A DNA stretch of 64,000 nt from IMG/VR virus record IMGVR_UViG_3300029945_000007. One strand, 5' to 3'. This stretch comes from an uncultured virus (IMG/VR IMGVR_UViG_3300029945_000007). Its lineage: Duplodnaviria > Heunggongvirae > Uroviricota > Caudoviricetes. Of the stretch, positions 29,375-39,306 are shown in pieces. The notes under the pieces were generated by a model that was not told the DNA's origin, ran no database searches, and saw only the letters and a program-made list of their open reading frames with translations. Numbering within the stretch: the first letter of the stretch is position 1; each line of letters starts with the position of its first letter. Made by a program: the position numbers and the translations under genes.

Positions 29375-30499
29375 ATGGCAAATCTAAATCAACAATCGTT
29401 CTCCAGCATCGTCAGCAACTTCGCCACGGCAGTGCAGGGCGCGTGCGCGTCGCTGATCGATTTCACGAAAGGCTCGGTTCTGCTGGCAGTCGGACAGGCC
29501 ACCTCCGGTGTCGCGCTCTGGCTGCAAGGGCTGATTCTGCAAGCGATGGCACTGACCCGGGCAGCGACAAGTAGTGGGCCAGACCTCGACAGTTTTTTTG
29601 CTCAATTCGGATGGAGTCGAGAGGCAGCGGTTGTGGCGAGCGGCCAGGAGACGTTCGGGCGATACACACCAACAAACCAGGCGGATATCTCGCCAGGCGC
29701 TACTGTCACATCGAGCGATGGCACGGTTATTTTTACCGTCATCGCTGACACAACGAACGCGAATTACAACGCGCCGCTCGGCTATTACATCATCCCTGTC
29801 GGCCAAGCCAGCGCGCAGATCACAGTTCAATGCTCGACCGCTGGCACGATTGGCAATTTGGCATTGGGTGCGCTGAATACGCTCGGTACCGCCATCCCTG
29901 GTGTGGATTATGTCACCAATGCAGCGGCCTTTTCGAATGGCGTTGCGGCACAGAGCGATTCTGCGGCACGTGTAAGTTTTGTGCTGTGGATTGCCAGCCT
30001 GAAGTCCGCGACCTTTGCGGCAGTCATGAACGCGATTACCAGCGTTGGACAGAATATCACCGGGGTCATTCTCGAAAACACGCAGTACAACGGATCGGCG
30101 CAAACCGGATATTTCACGGTTATTGCAGATGATGGCACCGGATCGCCGTCATCGACTACGCTGGCAAATGTCAGTAATGCCGTCGAATCGGCCCGACCAC
30201 TTACCGTCACGTACGGCGTTCACGCACCGACGCTCAATGTGGCGGCCGTATCGATGGCCATCGCCACCGCCAGCGGATACGTGCATTCCGCCGTTGTTGC
30301 GCTAGTTGAGGCTGCGCTGCAGTCCTATATCAACGGACTTGGCGACGACGTGATGCTGCCATGGTCAATGCTTGCAACAACTGCCTACACGGTCGCCGGC
30401 GTTACCAATGTGACTGGCGTACTGCTCAACGGATCAACAGCGGATCTAACTCCAACAACCCAGCAGCGGATTACCGCTGGCACGATAGTGGTGACTTAA
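29375..30499 (+). CDS. Baseplate J-like protein
   Basis: ATSSGPDLD, GTIGN, VTNAAAFSNG motifs. Confidence 0.88.
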   Translation: MANLNQQSFSSIVSNFATAVQGACASLIDFTKGSVLLAVGQATSGVALWLQGLILQAMALTRAATSSGPDLDSFFAQFGWSREAAVVASGQETFGRYTPTNQADISPGATVTSSDGTVIFTVIADTTNANYNAPLGYYIIPVGQASAQITVQCSTAGTIGNLALGALNTLGTAIPGVDYVTNAAAFSNGVAAQSDSAARVSFVLWIASLKSATFAAVMNAITSVGQNITGVILENTQYNGSAQTGYFTVIADDGTGSPSSTTLANVSNAVESARPLTVTYGVHAPTLNVAAVSMAIATASGYVHSAVVALVEAALQSYINGLGDDVMLPWSMLATTAYTVAGVTNVTGVLLNGSTADLTPTTQQRITAGTIVVT

Positions 30500-31183
30500 A
30501 TGGCGACTGGAGATCAAAGCGATATCTTGTCGCGCCTGCAGTCCTACTTGCCGCGTGGCTGGTTTGGCGACTGGTCGGCGGCGCCGGTTATCGGCGGCCT
30601 GCTGGGTGGTATAGCTTCAGTGCTCTCGACGATCTATCTGCTGATCGTTTTTGCCAGGGCACAGACCCGGCTCGGATCGTCTTCTGGCGGTTGGATTGAC
30701 CTGTGGGCCTACGATTTCTTCGGGGGTAACCTACCGCGCAATCCCAACGAAAGCGACTCAAGTTATATCTCGCGCGTTCGGGCGAACATTTTGCAGCAGA
30801 AGTCCACGCGGCCAGCAATGATCAACATGCTGACCAAACTGACCGGGCGCGCGCCGACCATCTTCGAGCCAAATCGACCGCTCGACACTGGGTCGTGCGG
30901 CGGCACGCCTGGGCCTGCGAGTTTTTGCGGCGTGGCGCGCATGGGGTCATTGGTGCCATATATGGCCCTAATCACCGCCCATCGGCCTCTCGTCACGGGC
31001 GGGTCTGCTGGCGCCGGGTATAGCAACGCCATCGTCCGTACATCCGCAAATGCCCCTGGATCGTTGAGCTATACCGGGTCGCTTTCCGCCGAGATCTCCA
31101 CCGCATCTGATTCGGCCATCTACGCCGCGATCAACGCTTGCCGACCGATCGGGACGAACGTCGGCGTCTGTATTACCAACTAG
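30500..31183 (+). CDS. Baseplate I-like protein
   Basis: WIDLWAYDFFG...RNPNESDSSYISRV. Confidence 0.75.
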   Translation: MATGDQSDILSRLQSYLPRGWFGDWSAAPVIGGLLGGIASVLSTIYLLIVFARAQTRLGSSSGGWIDLWAYDFFGGNLPRNPNESDSSYISRVRANILQQKSTRPAMINMLTKLTGRAPTIFEPNRPLDTGSCGGTPGPASFCGVARMGSLVPYMALITAHRPLVTGGSAGAGYSNAIVRTSANAPGSLSYTGSLSAEISTASDSAIYAAINACRPIGTNVGVCITN

Positions 31184-31241
31184 CAAAAACCACAATTTCA
31201 CCAACAGGCCGCCATGTGCGGTCTTTTTTTATGGGCTCGCC

Positions 31242-33371
31242 ATGAGACGTCTTGAGACATATGTAGGCCAACAGTTGCTCGAGTGGAATTTAAGCTCACC
31301 CGGACAGCTTGCCATGATCGCGCTTGCCAAGGTCTGCGCTGCGGCATTCGGCACCAACACCTTTGCCAACGGACTGCCATGCACGCCGACCACTCCTGCT
31401 GGCATGACGCTGCAGATTGGCGCTGGCGAGATTTATCAAATGGAGCCGATTGAGGCAACCGCGTGCGGCACATTGCCGCAAAACACGGCGTCCTCGATCC
31501 TAAAACAGGGCATCCAACTCGGAACCTATACAACGGCCACTTTCGCCGCGCCGGGGACGACTGGCCAGTCGATCAACTACCTGATCGAGGCGCAGTACCA
31601 AGATTCCGATATCAGCCTTGACCCCACGACCGGCAATACTTCCGTCGTCTTGCAGTTTTATAACGCTGCCAACCCGTCATTGCCGTGGTCTGGGCCGAAT
31701 AATAGCGGGTCAACCTCCAACACCTTCCGAGACGGCGTTATTGCTTACACGGTCAAGGCAGGCGTGGCCGCAACCACCGGCACTCAGGTCACCCCAACCC
31801 CGGACACCGGGAATGTTGGTTTGTGGGTGGTTACCGTCCCGTACGGCGCGACCTCGCTGACCAGTGCGAACATCAGCGAATATGCCGGTGCGCCGATCCT
31901 CCCCGCGTCATTACTGTCGTCCATCCAGACTGGGCAGCTCCAGTACGGAATTGACCATGGCGCTGTGAACTCAATTCAGGCCACGTTTCCGCTACCTCCA
32001 ACTGCGCTGATCGACGGTCAGCCGTTCTTCGTCAAGATTGCCAACACCAACACCGGCGCGACTATTTTCACGCCGAACTCTGGTACATTGACGGCTTATC
32101 CTGTCGTTGGTCTTGGCGGGGCAGCATTGCAAGGTGGTGAGGCGCCAGCTGGCGGCCATGCGCTGTTCCTCTGGAACGCACTGACGACCACTTACACGCT
32201 GGCTTACTGCACCGGCGCCCCGTTGCAAGTCGGCAACGCCACCCAATCTCAGCACGCCGCCCCATTAGGCCAGATCCAAGCTGCTATTCAGGGCAACCTG
32301 TACACATCGTGCGTGGCCGGCGGCACATCTGATGCGCTGACCTGCAGCTTTGTCCCTGCAATGAACGCAGCAACACTGGCGGCAGGTAATGTGGAAATCG
32401 AAGTGCGGGCAATGCTTGCCAACGCGACTACCACGCCGACGATCACGCTCTACAGCGGGCAAACGCCCCTCGTCATCAAGAAGGGTGCCGGCTTACCGCT
32501 TGCGCCTGGCGACATCGCAGGCGCGGGTCATTGGCTTGCGCTCAACTACGATGTCACGCTGGGTTGTGTAATCCTGCAAAACCCGGCAAACGGCGTGAAC
32601 ATTCAAGCCTCTGCGCCCAACTTCACCGCGGCGATTGCATCCAACGCACTCACTGGCTCACTGGGGGTTGGTTCGTTCGCGTTTCGCAATGCAGCAGGCG
32701 GCACCGGCGGTACTTTGTCTGCAGCCGTAGCTGCCGCTCTTTCGCTAGTTGTTCCATCGGGCGCGTCGCTTGGTTCGGTTGCTGGCGTGCAAGCGACGTT
32801 TGTGTGGGCGCTGTTATATAACGGTGGATCACCGGTACTGGCGGTTACTAACCTCGCCGGCGGTCTGGACATGTCCGAAACCGGGACGATCAGCACCACC
32901 GCGATCAGCAGCAGTGCCAATGCCAACGACGTTTGGTATTCGACGGCTGCGGTGTCCAACTCGCCGTACCGACTTGTCGGCGTGACGCAACAAACTGAAG
33001 CAACTCCCGGAACCTATGCAACCCCGCCATCCCTGGTGCAGCCGGTTTTCGGTGAGGCATTTGCTGCGCTGATGAGCGCGGGGTATGGACAGACGCCGCA
33101 GAATCTAATTGGCAGTCGGGCGCTATCAACCACGTATTACAACACAACCGGCAAAATGATATTTGTCAGCGCTGAATGTGGGATTATCGGAAACGGTTCG
33201 ACGGTAACGCTGTATGTAAACGGAGTTGCCCTTAGCCAGCAGGAAAACGGTACTCCCTCTTACGGCATGAATCTTAACGTTTGTGGCCCAGTGCCGGCAG
33301 GGATGTCCTATCAGGTAACTGCGGTGGGTGGGACGTCAGACGTGCTGACCCAATGGTCTGAATTGCGATAA
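31242..33371 (+). CDS. Tail fibre protein
   Basis: 709 aa, Thr/Gly/Ala-rich; NATQSQHA motif; C-terminal TYYNTTGK...WSELR domain. Confidence 0.82.
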   Translation: MRRLETYVGQQLLEWNLSSPGQLAMIALAKVCAAAFGTNTFANGLPCTPTTPAGMTLQIGAGEIYQMEPIEATACGTLPQNTASSILKQGIQLGTYTTATFAAPGTTGQSINYLIEAQYQDSDISLDPTTGNTSVVLQFYNAANPSLPWSGPNNSGSTSNTFRDGVIAYTVKAGVAATTGTQVTPTPDTGNVGLWVVTVPYGATSLTSANISEYAGAPILPASLLSSIQTGQLQYGIDHGAVNSIQATFPLPPTALIDGQPFFVKIANTNTGATIFTPNSGTLTAYPVVGLGGAALQGGEAPAGGHALFLWNALTTTYTLAYCTGAPLQVGNATQSQHAAPLGQIQAAIQGNLYTSCVAGGTSDALTCSFVPAMNAATLAAGNVEIEVRAMLANATTTPTITLYSGQTPLVIKKGAGLPLAPGDIAGAGHWLALNYDVTLGCVILQNPANGVNIQASAPNFTAAIASNALTGSLGVGSFAFRNAAGGTGGTLSAAVAAALSLVVPSGASLGSVAGVQATFVWALLYNGGSPVLAVTNLAGGLDMSETGTISTTAISSSANANDVWYSTAAVSNSPYRLVGVTQQTEATPGTYATPPSLVQPVFGEAFAALMSAGYGQTPQNLIGSRALSTTYYNTTGKMIFVSAECGIIGNGSTVTLYVNGVALSQQENGTPSYGMNLNVCGPVPAGMSYQVTAVGGTSDVLTQWSELR

Positions 33372-33380
33372 GGAAAGTAT

Positions 33381-33908
33381 ATGTCTATTTGGAAAGATAC
33401 AAACGGCGGCTTGCACGATGATATGGACGGCGCAGCGCTAACTATGGCCGCGTGGCCTCAAGGCATGACACAGCTGACCGACGAGCAGGCGTTAGCGCTG
33501 CAAAACCCCGCGCCAACGCTGGAACAAGTGCAAGCTTCGCAGATCGCCGTTATCACTGCCGACTATCAGTCAGCCATTGCGCAACCAGTCAGTTATACCA
33601 CTGTCGGTGGCATGACAAAAACCTTCCAGGCAGACGCTGGTAGCCAGGATGTTTTGCTGCAGGCGATCGCTGGTTACAACCTAGTTGGCGACGTGCCATC
33701 AGGCTTTTATTGGCTCGCAACAGATAATACCCATGTGCCGTTTACACTGGCGGATCTTAAAGGCATGTACACCGTAATGCTGGCTCAAGGGTGGGCAGCT
33801 TTCCAGACGCGAACCACGCTCAAAGATGAGATCAACGCCGTTGCGATCACAGCAACCGTCACGCAAGCGCAAGCCATCGCTGCCGTCCAGGCCATCGTCT
33901 GGCCTTAG
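33381..33908 (+). CDS. Tail fibre assembly protein (DUF4376-like)
   Basis: Follows the fibre gene; FQAD...WLATDN...IVWP. Confidence 0.7.
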   Translation: MSIWKDTNGGLHDDMDGAALTMAAWPQGMTQLTDEQALALQNPAPTLEQVQASQIAVITADYQSAIAQPVSYTTVGGMTKTFQADAGSQDVLLQAIAGYNLVGDVPSGFYWLATDNTHVPFTLADLKGMYTVMLAQGWAAFQTRTTLKDEINAVAITATVTQAQAIAAVQAIVWP

Positions 33909-33987
33909 CCCGCTCACTCAGCAATAGCAAACCATAACCCGCCAGCGAGCGGGATTTTTTACGCCCGCGCGCCGGGAAGGGGGATTA

Positions 33988-34308
33988 GTGGATTCGGAAA
34001 GCCTGAAGTGGCTGATTGAGGGGTTGCTGGCTGTGTTGTGGTGGCTGCTGCGGCAGAAGGATATCTCGCAAGGAAAGGCGCTAGACGATCAGCAAAATCA
34101 GATCAACCTGCTGTTTAAAAAACACGATACCGACGTCGCGGAGCTGCAGGCATTAAAGCTTCAGATCGCCTCTCAACACTACGTCAAGGGCGAGCTGGAC
34201 ACGAAATTTGATCGGCTTGAGTCCTCGTTTCGTGAAGGGCTGCGCGATCTCGGGGACAAATTTGACTCGCTATCACAGGCGCTACTTTCGGACAGGGGAA
34301 AACAATGA
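33988..34308 (+). CDS. Lysis-region membrane-anchored coiled-coil protein (holin/antiholin candidate)
   Basis: N-terminal hydrophobic stretch; coupled to the endolysin. Confidence 0.55.
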   Translation: MDSESLKWLIEGLLAVLWWLLRQKDISQGKALDDQQNQINLLFKKHDTDVAELQALKLQIASQHYVKGELDTKFDRLESSFREGLRDLGDKFDSLSQALLSDRGKQ

Positions 34309-34778
34309 TCACCATGAGTTTGCTGGAAGCCGAGCTGCGGCGAGATGAGGCCGTGCGCTACGTTAGATATTTGGACACAGCGACGCCGCCCAACTGGACG
34401 ACCGGTGTCGGCCACAACCTAACCGTCAGCCCGTTACCGACAGGGTGGACGTACCCACTGAACGATAGCCAGGTCAATCAATTGCTGGCGCATGACCTGG
34501 CCGTGACCTTCGCTGCGCTCGATCTACACTTGGCTTGGTGGCGCCATCTCGATGACGTGCGCGCGCGGGTGGTGGCCAACATGGCGTTCAACATGGGCGT
34601 GACTGACCTGGCGAAATTCCAGCACGCGCTCGCCGCCATGCAATCCGGCGACTATGTCACCGCCGCCGCACAAATGAAGGCCAGCGCGTGGTATGGCGAA
34701 GTCGGCGCGCGCGCCGTGCGACTGTGCCAGGCCATGGAAACCGGCGTGATGCCGAATGAGCCGTTAGTGCTCGCTTAA
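34305..34778 (+). CDS. Endolysin (T4-like lysozyme)
   Basis: DEAVRYVRYLDT...TTGVGHNL E/D/T triad; NMAFNMGV. Confidence 0.9.
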   Translation: MITMSLLEAELRRDEAVRYVRYLDTATPPNWTTGVGHNLTVSPLPTGWTYPLNDSQVNQLLAHDLAVTFAALDLHLAWWRHLDDVRARVVANMAFNMGVTDLAKFQHALAAMQSGDYVTAAAQMKASAWYGEVGARAVRLCQAMETGVMPNEPLVLA

Positions 34779-34889
34779 AAAACGATCAATAACTGATCGT
34801 CATGCGCTACGCCGCGCGCGCCCGGTAATCCACCGGGTTACCCACAAAAACTGTGAATTGTTCGCCGCCTTCGGGCGGTTTTTGCATTT

Positions 34890-35477
34890 ATGGAGCACTC
34901 AATGCAGAACGTTACTGATGTCCATGTCGAGGCGGAAACGCTTTCCATTAAAGTTAATCTACCGGGCCACGGCCCGCGCAAGGAAACATCGCTCTACACG
35001 CGCACCCACAAGCTGCGCGTTGATGTTGATACGACCTGCTGGATCTGCGGACGTATCGCCAAAGACACCGGCCATCCGCTGGAAACTCACCACCACCCCG
35101 TTGAGCGCAGCTTGGCCGAAATGACCGACTTCCGACTGGTGCAGGCCGATTGCGAAGCGGGGATGTATGGCGATGCGGCCAAGTCGTTTGACTGGGCTGA
35201 TTTTTGGGTTGGAGCAGTCGAAGTGCATGACACCATCACCTACGCCGACGGCGTAACCGAGGAGTTCATTTTTCTCAAGCCTGTCGATCCATACAAGTTC
35301 GTCGACAACATGCTCGTCAATGGCCGCGTGCTCTGCAAGGAGCATCACATCGGCAAAGACGAGGGCATCCACTACCTGCCATATCCGTTGCACGTTGGCC
35401 AGCGGTACGCCCGCAAGGGGTACAAATTCAGCAACGTGGAAATCATCCACCACGGCCATGAAGGGGCGGCCGCATGA
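34890..35477 (+). CDS. HNH-like Zn-binding protein
   Basis: CWICG...HHHP...LCKEHH. Confidence 0.6.
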   Translation: MEHSMQNVTDVHVEAETLSIKVNLPGHGPRKETSLYTRTHKLRVDVDTTCWICGRIAKDTGHPLETHHHPVERSLAEMTDFRLVQADCEAGMYGDAAKSFDWADFWVGAVEVHDTITYADGVTEEFIFLKPVDPYKFVDNMLVNGRVLCKEHHIGKDEGIHYLPYPLHVGQRYARKGYKFSNVEIIHHGHEGAAA

Positions 35478-35656
35478 TCGCAATCCTCCAAAAGTTTCAA
35501 TGGTTCATCGCCGGCGGCGCGCTGTTCGCGCTGTGGGCGCTAATGATCGTCTCCGGCCACGCCGATGCCGATCTGATCTCTGCCATCAAGTACGCGCTGG
35601 TTTCGGTCGTCGCCGCGCACATGTCGCTCCAAGTTCCCCCACAAGGACCCGCGTAA
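35474..35656 (+). CDS. Small two-TM protein (holin candidate)
   Basis: Two hydrophobic segments; coupled at both ends. Confidence 0.55.
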   Translation: MIAILQKFQWFIAGGALFALWALMIVSGHADADLISAIKYALVSVVAAHMSLQVPPQGPA

Positions 35657-36084
35657 TGAAAAATCTCATCACCCTGATCACCGCTGCCTTCGCTCTTGGC
35701 CTGGCCGGCTGCGCCAGCATCAAGCCCGCAGCCATCCAAACCCCCGCGCAAGTTGCCGCCCAGGTTTGCCCGAGCCTGCAGGCGATCAACACTACCTTGG
35801 CTGTGCCGGGCGTCATCGGCGTCAATGACCAGGCCAACCTAGCCAAGGTTGCCCCGGTAGTCGCCAAGGTGTGTACCGATGCGCAATCCGCCAGCGCGAT
35901 CGACGTGCAGGCGCTCGCATCCAAGGCAGTGCCGGTGTTGCTGCAGCTCATCAATGCTGCGCCGCTTGCCGCCGATCAGAAGACTCAATTCACGGTTGGA
36001 ATCACGCTGGTTCAGGCCGCGCTGGCGCCAGCCATCGCTCAGTGGCAAGCCGCAGAGGCAGCGGAAGCGAGCGGTGCGAAATGA
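35656..36084 (+). CDS. Lipoprotein
   Basis: Signal peptide with lipobox LAGC. Confidence 0.75.
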   Translation: MKNLITLITAAFALGLAGCASIKPAAIQTPAQVAAQVCPSLQAINTTLAVPGVIGVNDQANLAKVAPVVAKVCTDAQSASAIDVQALASKAVPVLLQLINAAPLAADQKTQFTVGITLVQAALAPAIAQWQAAEAAEASGAK

Positions 36085-36503
36085 GTAAATTTCTCACCGA
36101 CCTCGAAACAACTTGCGTCAACGATCTCGATGCAAGCGGGCGCGGGATCTGGCGCGTCAATGCGCCGTTTGTGTACCAGTCCGACCTGCTGGGCAAGGCG
36201 ATCACCGTCGAGCCCGGTTTTCTGACCGACTACGCGAGCGTCCCGCGCGTGCCGGTGGCCTACCTACTGTTTGGCGATACCAGCCACAAGGCCGCCGTGC
36301 TGCACGACTGGCTCTATCACCACCATGAAGTTTGCGATGAGGCGATGGCAAATCAGGTGCTGCTTGAGGCTTCTGCTGCCGAAGGTATTACTGCATGGCG
36401 CCGGTGGGGGATTTATCTCGGAGTGAAGGTCGGCGGACAGAGTAGCTGGGAAGACGATGGCCGGAGCGATGGACATAGCCTTGTTGATGGACAGATTGTT
36501 TAA
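36081..36503 (+). CDS. DUF1353-family protein
   Basis: GFLTDYASVPR...AAVLHDWLY. Confidence 0.85.
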   Translation: MSKFLTDLETTCVNDLDASGRGIWRVNAPFVYQSDLLGKAITVEPGFLTDYASVPRVPVAYLLFGDTSHKAAVLHDWLYHHHEVCDEAMANQVLLEASAAEGITAWRRWGIYLGVKVGGQSSWEDDGRSDGHSLVDGQIV

Positions 36504-36514
36504 AGGGGATTTGC

Positions 36515-36775
36515 ATGCAATGGAAGAAATTTGCGGCGGTCGCCGCAGTGGCCGCGCTCGCTTTCGCGGGCGGCTGGGCTGTTTGTGCTTGGCGCGCGCC
36601 GGCGGCGGTTCAGGCTGCAGTCAAGCTGATTGCCGCCACGCCTCAGTCGTGTCCGGTCACCACCCCGCAACCTGCGCCGGTAAAGTCTGTGCGCAATCAT
36701 CACGCGCGGCAACGCCACCACCATCGGCGCCATGCACGCGCGGTTGAATGCGTTGTAGCCTCGGGGGCTGCATGA
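36515..36775 (+). CDS. Small secreted or membrane-anchored protein
   Basis: Signal-like N-terminus; stop overlaps the next start. Confidence 0.5.
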   Translation: MQWKKFAAVAAVAALAFAGGWAVCAWRAPAAVQAAVKLIAATPQSCPVTTPQPAPVKSVRNHHARQRHHHRRHARAVECVVASGAA

Positions 36776-37125
36776 AGAAACCTGAATGGCTCGATCTGCC
36801 CGAAGATCACGACTACCCAGCAGCGCTCAGCTACCTGCTGCTGGTTATGAGCCCGGAGGAGGCAGCGGCAACGGTGGCGGCGCTTCGCGATGCGCCTGTA
36901 AGCCACTTTAAGGCCAAGGACATTTGCCGTGCGTCCGGCCTGCCGCTGCTTGGCCCGGAGAACGCGCACGTCGCCAAAAATCTGAATAAGGTTCAGTCCG
37001 GCAAGCGGTTGTCACCAGTGCTACTGGTGCGCGGCGCGCCGATGATCATTGCTGACGGGTATCACCGGACGTGCTCGGTCCATCATCTCGACGAGGACGC
37101 GGTGGTGCCGTGCAAAATAGCCTAG
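36772..37125 (+). CDS. ParB/Srx-like domain protein
   Basis: PVLLVRG...IIADGYHR. Confidence 0.65.
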   Translation: MKKPEWLDLPEDHDYPAALSYLLLVMSPEEAAATVAALRDAPVSHFKAKDICRASGLPLLGPENAHVAKNLNKVQSGKRLSPVLLVRGAPMIIADGYHRTCSVHHLDEDAVVPCKIA

Positions 37126-37652
37126 TAGGACTTGCTGACCGGCGTCGACTCATTCCAGAGTCGTTGCCACTCTTGCGCGTAGCGTGAGGCGATCGGCTTC
37201 ACGTTGCGCAGCACCAGCACGTTTTCGGCGTTCGATTTCACAGCGGCTGCCGTGTAATTGAATGATCCCGTCTCCAGCGTATCGCCATCGATCACCATGA
37301 ACTTGTTGTGCATGATTTTGTAGTGGCTATCCAGCCGAACCGGCACGCCGGAATTAGCCAGATACTGCGCCGCGCTATATTTGCGGCTATTGGCCTCGGC
37401 GTCAGCAACGACTTGCACCCTGACGCCACGGCGTGACGCTTTGAGCAGTGCGCCGGCGATTGGTTTGCTGGTGAAGCTGTAGGCGGCCACATCGATAGAG
37501 ACGCGCGCGCTGTCGATAGCTTTGATGACTAGATCGAGCGAGCCTTGATCCGGCGAGAATCCGATTTCATAGCTCGCGCCGGCCGGCATGGCGCCGGCTT
37601 GGGCGAGTGGGGCGGCGAGCGCCAGGGCGATGACAAGGGTTAATGTTTTCAT
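37122..37652 (-). CDS. Secreted PLD-family endonuclease (Nuc-like)
   Basis: Signal peptide; single HKD motif HNKFMVID...TGSFN. Confidence 0.9.
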   Translation of the reverse strand: MKTLTLVIALALAAPLAQAGAMPAGASYEIGFSPDQGSLDLVIKAIDSARVSIDVAAYSFTSKPIAGALLKASRRGVRVQVVADAEANSRKYSAAQYLANSGVPVRLDSHYKIMHNKFMVIDGDTLETGSFNYTAAAVKSNAENVLVLRNVKPIASRYAQEWQRLWNESTPVSKSY

Positions 37653-37664
37653 GGGGGGATTTTA

Positions 37665-37859
37665 TCAGGACAGCGTGTACCCGTGCGCACGCCGGGCCTT
37701 GTCGATTTCGACCATTCGTTTGCGGGAGTAAGGTTCGGTGGCTGTGCCGCCGCTGCGTGACCACCGTCCGCCCCATGATCGGATGATCACGGTTTGGCCG
37801 AACAGATCGTGTTGCACAGCGACGGCGTAATACCTGGACGGACTGATATAGATACGCAT
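37665..37859 (-). CDS. WGR-domain protein
   Basis: RYYAVAVQHDLFGQTVIIRSWGG...RRAHGY. Confidence 0.8.
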   Translation of the reverse strand: MRIYISPSRYYAVAVQHDLFGQTVIIRSWGGRWSRSGGTATEPYSRKRMVEIDKARRAHGYTLS

Positions 37860-37984
37860 GGCGACGCACCAGAGGGGGAGTGGGCGCGATCAGCATGGCA
37901 GAATGATAGGGCTTTGGGAAAGCCAGGAATGATGGATGTGTTGCGTTTAAGTCATTGATTATGCGGATGTTAGCAACATCAAAC

Positions 37985-38032
37985 TTGCGAATCTATGAAC
38001 CTTAGAATGTACGAAAGTTCGAACCTTCGAAC
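37985..38032. repeat. Six tandem degenerate 8-bp repeats (centromere-like), with an IHF consensus at 37948-37960
   Basis: TTGCGAAT CTATGAAC CTTAGAAT GTACGAAA GTTCGAAC CTTCGAAC; AATCAATGACTTA on the minus strand. Confidence 0.65.
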
Positions 38033-38035
38033 GAA

Positions 38036-38284
38036 TTACGGGCCGTGCTCGTTGTGATGTTTGATGCGCGGCAGGCCTCTAGCATCCAGCAGAAGATTGA
38101 TGCCATCGATAAACAGCCGCTGTGCTGAAGTGTGCTCGGCGGCGGCAAGGGCCTTGATGCGCAGCTCGTCATCAAACTGAACCTTGACGCAATTCTTGAC
38201 GATGTCCGGTCTGCCTCTGGGGGGCGGCGGATCGACTTCCGGGCTGGGTTGCCTGAGAAATTCCGTTAATGTTGGCTTGGCCAT
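38036..38284 (-). CDS. Small ParA partner (ribbon-helix-helix-like)
   Basis: Overlaps parA; VKVQFDDELRIKAL...QRLFIDGINLLL. Confidence 0.65.
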   Translation of the reverse strand: MAKPTLTEFLRQPSPEVDPPPPRGRPDIVKNCVKVQFDDELRIKALAAAEHTSAQRLFIDGINLLLDARGLPRIKHHNEHGP

Positions 38285-38898
38285 AGCTGCTCCTTTATCC
38301 ATTCCCACAGCGCGCGGACCTCCGCCGGTGCGTTGCTCTTGTTTTTAAACTCGGCAACCGACAGGCCGCCACTGATTGCATGCTCATATGCCGCCAACTG
38401 GCTGATCCGAACCGGGATGACTTCGCCAAGTTTGGCCAGCAAGCCCGCGGCCTCGTCGTTCTGCGCCTTCTGGCGCCGGTCGCACCTGGTGAGCAGGAAG
38501 TGGGGCGTTTTGCCTGCCGCGCGCGCCATCTTTGCTGAAGCCTCAGCGCGTTCCATCTCGAAAGGTGACGGCTTGACCGGGATGATGATCAAGTCGGCCG
38601 CCCGGGCGATATCCATTGCCGCTGGCGATGCGTGCGGAGGGCTATCCAGAATGGCCAAGTCGAAACCATCTGCGCGCGCCTTCCGCAATACCTGGGCCAA
38701 GGCTGATGACGGCACGCCCAGAACTGTCGGTGTTTCTGACTGGCGTCGAGCGGCCCAGCTAACGGCTGATTGCTGCAGCTCGTCCATGTCGCAGACAAGC
38801 ACCTTCATTGAATCAAGCGCGGCCTGAACAGCTTCATGCACGGTCATCGTGCTTTTGCTGCCGCCACCTTTCTGCCCGAAGAACGCGATGGTTTTCAT
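38266..38898 (-). CDS. parA: ParA-family ATPase (short, type Ib-like)
   Basis: QKGGGSKST deviant Walker A, ILDSPP, ADLIIIP. Confidence 0.9.
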   Translation of the reverse strand: MKTIAFFGQKGGGSKSTMTVHEAVQAALDSMKVLVCDMDELQQSAVSWAARRQSETPTVLGVPSSALAQVLRKARADGFDLAILDSPPHASPAAMDIARAADLIIIPVKPSPFEMERAEASAKMARAAGKTPHFLLTRCDRRQKAQNDEAAGLLAKLGEVIPVRISQLAAYEHAISGGLSVAEFKNKSNAPAEVRALWEWIKEQLWPSQH

Positions 38899-39239
38899 GA
38901 TACAGCCTCGTGCGCATGTGCCGGGAACAGCCCGATCAGGCGAACGCATTCGGCGCGTAGCGCCTCGCGCTCCGTGACAGCGCCATCAAGGTCGTCGCGC
39001 AATTGCTCATGTTCGGCCTGTAATCCGGCGAGCATCGACGCATTGGCGTTCGCGCGAAGCTCTGCGGCGCGCAGACGGCCCGCCAGCGTCAGTACGACGT
39101 CAGGGTTGGCTGCGGCGATTAGGGCGCAATCGGCATTCCCGACCGCCATTTCGTTCGCCTGCTCGGCAGTAAACCATGCGATGTCTGGCCGATGCGCCGC
39201 GCGCGCCAGGCGTTCTAGTTCATCCAAATCGATTTCCAT
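38895..39239 (-). CDS. Ead/Ea22-like protein
   Basis: LDELERLARAA...LIAAANPDVVLTL; similar to 43890-44399. Confidence 0.7.
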   Translation of the reverse strand: MEIDLDELERLARAAHRPDIAWFTAEQANEMAVGNADCALIAAANPDVVLTLAGRLRAAELRANANASMLAGLQAEHEQLRDDLDGAVTEREALRAECVRLIGLFPAHAHEAVS

Positions 39240-39306
39240 GGCGTTCCTTATGGGCGTAAAAAAGCCCGCGAGTTGAACTGACCCCACAAAGTTGGACAGT
39301 TTACGG

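Noticed and set aside
31242..33371. Tail fibre of prophage A as DGR target
   Set aside because: Its 3' end shows no similarity to the TR. Prophage B's tail genes are outside the window and cannot be judged.
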